Below are positions 58,696-64,000 of a stretch of 64,000 bases of DNA, one piece after another (position 1 is the first letter of the stretch; every line of letters begins with the position of its first letter). Source of the DNA: Myxococcota bacterium (GTDB lineage: Bacteria; Myxococcota_A; Polyangia; Nannocystales; Nannocystaceae); the NCBI GenBank assembly GCA_039028615.1, contig JBCCHT010000001.1, positions 64,001 to 128,000 on the forward strand, read 5' to 3'. The position numbers and the translations under genes are program-made. The notes below the pieces were generated by a model. The model was not told where the DNA came from and did no database searches. It saw only the letters and a program-made list of their open reading frames with translations.

Positions 58696-60281
58696 GCCCC
58701 CCGCCCGTCAGCCCGCGCAAGCGCCTGTACCTGCTGCACCGCTGGATCGGCCTGGTCGTCGGCAGCCTGGGCGCACTCGTGCTGTTCAGCGGTACCTTGG
58801 CGATCTTCGCCGCCGAGCTCCGCGAGTGGTCCGTGCGCGAGCCACTGAGGCCGCCCGCGATCGATGCCCCCGGGTTCGACCTCGATCGAATCCATCGCTC
58901 CGTCGTCGAGGATCTCGATCCGCCGCTGCATCACCACGTCGACTTCGTGCAAGACGCGGGAGGGCTGCTCCAGGTCACCGCGCTGAACCCAGAGACCGGC
59001 ACCGGCGTTGCCGTCGACTTCGACCCCGCCACCCTCGAAACCATCGAACGCCACGAGGGCCCCGCCTCCGAGTTCCACCCGGCCGATCCCCGTGACGCGC
59101 TGGTCGACTTCGTGATCGACCTGCACGTGTTCTTGTCGATCCCCGGCGCCCTCGGGCTACTGACGACCGGGATGGTCGGGCTGGGCCTGCTGATCTCGTT
59201 GGTCTCGGGCTTCGTCGCGCACAGCCCCACGTGGGCCAAGATGAAGCGCGCGCCTCGGACCCGGCGGTCGCGGCTGTGGTTCGGCGATTGGCACACGCTG
59301 GTCGGCACCTGGACCCTCCCCTTTGCCCTGGTCCTCGCGACCACGGGCGCGTTCTTCTCGATGTCCTCCATCGTGCTGCGCCCCGCGATCTCCATGAGTG
59401 CCTTTCACGGGGATCCGAACGCGCTGGTTCAGGCCCTCATCGCCACCCCCGTGCCGCCCCCCGGCCCCGGCCAGGCGAGCCTCGACCCCATGCTTCGCGA
59501 CGCGCTCTCCCGCAACGAGCGGGCGCAGCTGCGGCGGGTACAGCTGCGCGACTGGGGAACGCCCGAAGCCCGCGCCACCCTGACGCTCGAGACGGAACAC
59601 TGGACCGGCGATACCCGGCATGTGCTGACCTACGACGGACACGAGGGGCAGATCCTCCGCGACCACCCCTACCTGGGCTCGACCCCTTCGTTCGGGGGCC
59701 GCGTGCTTCACCTCGTCGATGAGCTGCACTTCGGCACGCTGCTCGGGCTCCCGACCAAGCTGCTGTGGTTCCTCTCGGGCCTGGCCCTGTGCGGGGTCGC
59801 GAGCGCGGGCCTGTTGGTCTTCGTGTCCCGCCAGCGCGACCCGTCCGCTCTCGTCACCCGAGTCATGAGAGGCCTGGCCGTCGCGACCTCGGTCGGGCTC
59901 CCCGTCGCCGTGGTCCTCGGGACCGCGGGATGGGCGTTGGCGTGCACTACGGGCGCATGGCCCCCGGCGACCGCGGTCCGGGTCGGGTTCTTCGCCGGCC
60001 TGGCGTTCATGGGCGTCGTGGGCATTCGCTGGGCCCTGCGCCCCGCCTTGCTCGGAGCCACCATCGCCAGCGGCATCGCCCTGTGCACGATGCCGCTGTG
60101 GGCGCTGTTGGCCAACGGCGGTCCGTCGGCGGTGATGCGAGCAGAGACGGGCACCATGCTCGTCGACGTGGCGTGGTGGATCGCGGGGCTCGGCATGGTC
60201 GCGTGCGCCGGGCGGGCTATGGCTCGCCGACGAGCGAGAGCAGCAACGCATCGCGGGCCTCGACCAGCTTCTTCGACGTGA
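58692..60281 (+). CDS. PepSY-associated TM helix protein (ferrisiderophore reductase-like)
   Basis: LHRWIGL, FSGTL, DLHVFL, DWHTLVGTWTLPF, ELHFG (four conserved His). ATG at 58692. Confidence 0.85.
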   Translation: MSPPPVSPRKRLYLLHRWIGLVVGSLGALVLFSGTLAIFAAELREWSVREPLRPPAIDAPGFDLDRIHRSVVEDLDPPLHHHVDFVQDAGGLLQVTALNPETGTGVAVDFDPATLETIERHEGPASEFHPADPRDALVDFVIDLHVFLSIPGALGLLTTGMVGLGLLISLVSGFVAHSPTWAKMKRAPRTRRSRLWFGDWHTLVGTWTLPFALVLATTGAFFSMSSIVLRPAISMSAFHGDPNALVQALIATPVPPPGPGQASLDPMLRDALSRNERAQLRRVQLRDWGTPEARATLTLETEHWTGDTRHVLTYDGHEGQILRDHPYLGSTPSFGGRVLHLVDELHFGTLLGLPTKLLWFLSGLALCGVASAGLLVFVSRQRDPSALVTRVMRGLAVATSVGLPVAVVLGTAGWALACTTGAWPPATAVRVGFFAGLAFMGVVGIRWALRPALLGATIASGIALCTMPLWALLANGGPSAVMRAETGTMLVDVAWWIAGLGMVACAGRAMARRRARAATHRGPRPASST

Positions 60282-61713
60282 TCGCCCGGCGCACGATCGC
60301 CGCCGCCTGCTCCCGAGCCACGGCGGGCCGACCCCGCAGCCGCGGCATCCACTGCGACTCGACGGCTGCCAGCCGCTCCCGCTGCGTGCCCTCGAGCCCC
60401 TCCAGCCACGCCGAGAACTCGGCCACCTCGGCATCGACGGGAGTCGCCTCCGGCTTCGCCGACTCGACCACCGCGTCGGGCCCCAGGGTCACGACACGAA
60501 CGAGCCGGCTCCACATGCGTCGCGCCGACAGCTCCATGCTCCCCGTGTCCCGATGCCGCAGGTCATGGGCCAGCGTGAGCACATGGGCCACGCGGGCGGT
60601 ATCCGGTCGGGTCAGCGCCCACGCGGCCGCACGCGCGAGCATGGAATCCGAGGACGAGGGCACCGCCTCCGGCCCATCCCATCCGAGCTCGGCACAGCGT
60701 CGCACGACGCGTCGCCGATGCTCTTCGTCCACTGCGGCAGGCTCGATCGCCACGCGGAGCAGCGCCAGCGCCTCGACCACGGGCGGCGGCGGATCGTCAC
60801 TGCAGCGCTCGATCGCCCATCGCATCAGGTCCCGTCGACCCCACGGACCATGCTCGGGCAGCCGCGCCACCAGGTCCACCGGTCCGGGCATGCCCGTGGT
60901 CCAGTGACCGCTCTTCGCATCGAGCGACAGGCCGGGGACGACCTTGCGCCCCTTCTTGCCGTCGAGGTCGGCCTGCACCTGCGCGACGATGGCCTCGATG
61001 ACCGCCATGTCGTCGGTGGCGCGCAGCACCCCGCGGTAGGTCGCCCACTCGTTGTAGGTCCACGGATGGCCTCGGCCCTGCAGCGCGGCCCAGTGCTCGG
61101 ACCACGAGGCTTCGCGTCGGGTGGCGCCGCGAGCCGACTGCAGCGAGTCGATGCGACGGCTGACCTTGCGCGGCTCGATGCTCTCGAGCCCTTGCTGCAC
61201 CGCGGCGAAGAACGACTCGAGCCAGCGACCGAAGCTGGGCTCGGCATCCCATAGCGGCTCGCCGTCGGCGCGCGGCTCGTGGCACACGCTGTCCTGGTGG
61301 TAGGTGCCGACGCCGAGCTCACCTGCGTCGCGAAACCGACGGTCGAGCGCGTACGCGCCGTCGAGGTCCCCGCGCATGGTGGCGAAGACCAGCCACCGCC
61401 CGCCCTGGGCCACACCCGCGCTCTCCTCGGACAACGCGTGTAGATGGTTGTCGAAGAGCCCCGCTGCATCCTCCATGAGCAGCCCGCTCGTCGAGCGCCC
61501 CCAGCCGGGGAATTCGCCCCAGAAGTCGGGATAGTGCACCAAGCCGTGGCTGGACAGCAGCTGTCGGAGGCTCGGCGGGAGCACGAAACCGGCGGCCCAT
61601 AGCGTCTCCTCGTACTCGCCGACGTCGATGGGCACGATCTGGACGAGCTCGGCCAGCCGCGGGTTGAACGACCGTTGCAGCCAATCCAGGTGCGCAACGA
61701 GAGGGTCCGACAC
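60217..61713 (-). CDS. Hypothetical protein with possible SMI1/KNR4(SUKH)-like N-terminal domain
   Basis: YEETLWAAGFVLPPSLRQLLSSHG...WLVFA...YALD...SFGRWLESFF; helical C-terminal part. Start at 61713 or 61728. Confidence 0.5.
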   Translation of the reverse strand: MSDPLVAHLDWLQRSFNPRLAELVQIVPIDVGEYEETLWAAGFVLPPSLRQLLSSHGLVHYPDFWGEFPGWGRSTSGLLMEDAAGLFDNHLHALSEESAGVAQGGRWLVFATMRGDLDGAYALDRRFRDAGELGVGTYHQDSVCHEPRADGEPLWDAEPSFGRWLESFFAAVQQGLESIEPRKVSRRIDSLQSARGATRREASWSEHWAALQGRGHPWTYNEWATYRGVLRATDDMAVIEAIVAQVQADLDGKKGRKVVPGLSLDAKSGHWTTGMPGPVDLVARLPEHGPWGRRDLMRWAIERCSDDPPPPVVEALALLRVAIEPAAVDEEHRRRVVRRCAELGWDGPEAVPSSSDSMLARAAAWALTRPDTARVAHVLTLAHDLRHRDTGSMELSARRMWSRLVRVVTLGPDAVVESAKPEATPVDAEVAEFSAWLEGLEGTQRERLAAVESQWMPRLRGRPAVAREQAAAIVRRAITSKKLVEARDALLLSLVGEP

Positions 61714-62012
61714 CCAACCAGAGTACACGTGTCATCGGCGGCCCGGCTGCGGACAATGAGAGAGCCGACGGGGCCACGCCGTGGGCCCGAAACGCGATTT
61801 TCGTTCGGCTCACCGCGATGCCCACCAATTTCTCCTCCTCGGCCTCGGACTCGAGGGCCCATGATTCCGCGCCCGCACACGAGTCGTCGGCAGGCTGGCA
61901 TCGCGCGCCATGCGCTGCGCGGGTTCGACCGAGAATTCGCGATCGGTTTCCCAGCGTCCCCGTGGCCCTGCGTCGTCGCTGGGACGCCGGTCGGCGTGGT
62001 ACCACCAAGGCG

Positions 62013-62648
62013 GTGGCAAAGGGCCGCAACGACGTGGCGCTGGTGGAGGCCGCGCTGCAAGGGCAGCCGGGTGCACGCCGTCGTCTCGCCAACCGCCTGC
62101 TCGATGCGATTCACCGCGAGATCGCGATCTCGGTGCTGCGCTGGGCCGGCCGTAGCGGCCACGACCATCACCAAGAGATCAACGATCTGGTCCAGGAAGT
62201 CCTCGTGGCACTGTTCGAGCACGACGCCCGAGAGCTCCGCCGTTGGGACCCGAAGCGGGGCCGAAGCCTGGAGAGCTTCGTCGCGTTGGTCGCCCGTCGC
62301 CGCGCCTCGAGGGTGCTCGGCCGCGGTTACCGAGACCCGGTCGATCTACCGAGCGAGGAGCCCCCGGAGACTCCGGACGATGCGTCGCTGGTCGATCGCC
62401 TCGAGCAACGCGCGGAGCTGGGGGCCGTGCTGCGCATGCTCTACGCCCAGATGAACCCGCGGGACATGGAGCTGTTCGACCTGCTCTTCGTACAGGGACT
62501 CGACCCGGCGGAGGTCGCCTCGCGCCTCGACATCTCGCGGGGCGCGGTCAATGCCTGGTCGTACCGCACGCGCAAGCTCGCCCGGACGCTCGTGCGCGCA
62601 CGCCTCGATTCCGACTCGAACACGAACGTGGAGGCCCGCCATGGGTGA
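62013..62648 (+). CDS. ECF RNA polymerase sigma factor
   Basis: DVALVEAAL, DLVQEVLVALF, WDPKRG.SLESFV, region 4 AEVASRLDISRGAVNAWSYRTRK. Confidence 0.88.
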   Translation: MAKGRNDVALVEAALQGQPGARRRLANRLLDAIHREIAISVLRWAGRSGHDHHQEINDLVQEVLVALFEHDARELRRWDPKRGRSLESFVALVARRRASRVLGRGYRDPVDLPSEEPPETPDDASLVDRLEQRAELGAVLRMLYAQMNPRDMELFDLLFVQGLDPAEVASRLDISRGAVNAWSYRTRKLARTLVRARLDSDSNTNVEARHG

Positions 62649-63363
62649 CGAGCTACTCCGTGCCCTGGGTGCACACGAGCGCGACGATGGGCCCGCCGAG
62701 GCGCTCGAGGACCTCGCGCCCCTGAGCGACGACGATCGGACCTCGATCCTCGAGGGGGCGTTCGGCCAGCTCGAAGACGAGCCCAGTGTCGACGAAGCAC
62801 CCGCGGCCGCGCCGATTTCCTTGGAGCAGCGCCGTCGACCCAACATCGCCATCGCGATCGTGGGCGCGGTGCTGGCCGTCGCGGCTGCCGTCGTGCTGTG
62901 GCGCGCGAGCGGCCCGAGCACACCGACGGCGGCGCCACTGGTCGCCGCCCTACCCTCGTACTCCATTCGTCAGCTGCACGCGGGCGCCAAGGAGCTCCGC
63001 GCCGAGGCCGACCGCGTCCCCAGCACGATCACCACGACGGCCGACGGACCCCTCGACCTGGTCATCGCCCCGCAGGCCCCCGCGTCGGGGGAGGTCGCCA
63101 TCGCCATCATCGCGCGTCAGCCGAGCGGCGAGGTGGTCGCGCAACGACTCACGAACGGCGTACAGGTCTCCGAGGACGGCTCGATTCGATTGAAGGGTCG
63201 ATGGAGCGATTTCATCACGCTGTCCGCCGGCTCCTGGTCGGTGCAGCTGGTGGTGGGACGACCCATGTCATTGCCCACCGATCCCGAGGCGCTCGCCCGA
63301 GCCGCCCCCAAAGAGGACTGGCGAACCATGGCCGTGCAGGTGAACATCGTGTCCACCCGCTGA
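62641..63363 (+). CDS. Putative single-TM anti-sigma factor
   Basis: Overlaps the sigma stop; acidic N-terminus, TM IAIAIVGAVLAVAAAVVLW, then LPSYS and a beta-rich external domain. Confidence 0.6.
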   Translation: MGDELLRALGAHERDDGPAEALEDLAPLSDDDRTSILEGAFGQLEDEPSVDEAPAAAPISLEQRRRPNIAIAIVGAVLAVAAAVVLWRASGPSTPTAAPLVAALPSYSIRQLHAGAKELRAEADRVPSTITTTADGPLDLVIAPQAPASGEVAIAIIARQPSGEVVAQRLTNGVQVSEDGSIRLKGRWSDFITLSAGSWSVQLVVGRPMSLPTDPEALARAAPKEDWRTMAVQVNIVSTR

Positions 63364-63364
63364 T

Positions 63365-64000
63365 GTGAAGCTCCTCGGTCTGATCCTCGCCGCGCTGCTG
63401 GTCGGAAGCTGCTCGCCCCCCAACGACCCCCCGGCGACAGCGAATCGCCCGAGCGCGGCTGCGACCGAGCTGCCCGAGATCGTGGTGGGAGGCTGCGACG
63501 ACCGCGAGCAGGACCTGTGCTGGATCACCAGCCAGCTGACGGGCGGGCAGCTGACGATCTGGGTCGATGTCGAAGCCTCCGCCACGCTGCAGGTGCGCAT
63601 CGACGGGACCCCCTCCAGCGTCGAGCCCTGGCCGGTCGACGGTGGTCAACGACTGCAGGTCAAGGTTCCACTGGGTGCCGCGCGGCTCGAGCTCCAGTCG
63701 GTGCAGCCCGCGTGGGCGGAGCCCTTTCGGCTGCCGCTGCGATGGCGGGCGCCTCCCCTGGCCGCCGCGGTCGCGCGCTACTACATCCGCCAGAATCGAT
63801 CGAAAGCGGAGATCGTCGCCCTGCTCGAGCACGCAGCGGAGTCGAGCGAAGGCCTCGATCGCCTGGCCACGCTCCAGCTGCTGCGACGCGTTCACGGTCT
63901 GTCGAACACCCCACAGTCGCTAGCGCGAGCAGAGGAGATCGTGCGGCTCGCCGAGGCGCTAGAGCAGGAGGTCGCGCTCGCCGACATCGCGGCGGTGCAG
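63365..64000 (+). CDS. Large lipoprotein, 3' partial (not in the ORF track)
   Basis: GTG at 63365, MKLLGLILAALLVGSC lipobox; frame read open to the window end, becoming helical (TPR-like). Confidence 0.7.
   Translation, partial: MKLLGLILAALLVGSCSPPNDPPATANRPSAAATELPEIVVGGCDDREQDLCWITSQLTGGQLTIWVDVEASATLQVRIDGTPSSVEPWPVDGGQRLQVKVPLGAARLELQSVQPAWAEPFRLPLRWRAPPLAAAVARYYIRQNRSKAEIVALLEHAAESSEGLDRLATLQLLRRVHGLSNTPQSLARAEEIVRLAEALEQEVALADIAAVQ

Noticed and set aside
57333..60281. 982-aa ORF as a single protein
   Set aside because: The first ~450 aa are an off-frame read of the DUF1624 and small TM genes; the PepSY protein starts at ATG 58692.

Overview
Very GC-rich bacterial chromosomal DNA. Gene content suggests a myxobacterium, probably Nannocystineae (inference from Cys-rich lipoproteins with Ser/Thr/Gly linkers, an MxcI-like protein and an ECF/anti-sigma unit). 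In order, the window holds: a MepA-like peptidase; a partial complex I operon (nuoE-F-J-K-L-M-N) with long C-terminal tails; an Mpl-GNAT fusion; tandem PilZ genes; mnmG; a cobA/hemD fusion; a putative zinc-starvation module (TGCAA-N5-TTGCA boxes, Cys-tailed flavoprotein, COG4337 iota-type carbonic anhydrase); an E-DUF2764-A-B-D-I-K V-type ATPase with Na+-type K subunit, divergent from a LysR gene; a Rieske plus cytochrome b/diheme c fusion in which both heme bH histidines are missing; a LysR-linked lipoprotein cluster; a channel joining a voltage-sensor-like domain to a CASTOR/POLLUX-like pore and RCK domains; bcp, fumC, prlC; a ~13.7 kb Fur-box-flanked NRPS-independent hydroxamate siderophore island with two paralogous DesD-type synthetases, a methyltransferase and a DUF1624 protein but no TonB receptor; and an ECF sigma unit running off the end. 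No rRNA, tRNA, CRISPR array or IS element was recognised. All family calls come from motif recognition by eye, not database searches.
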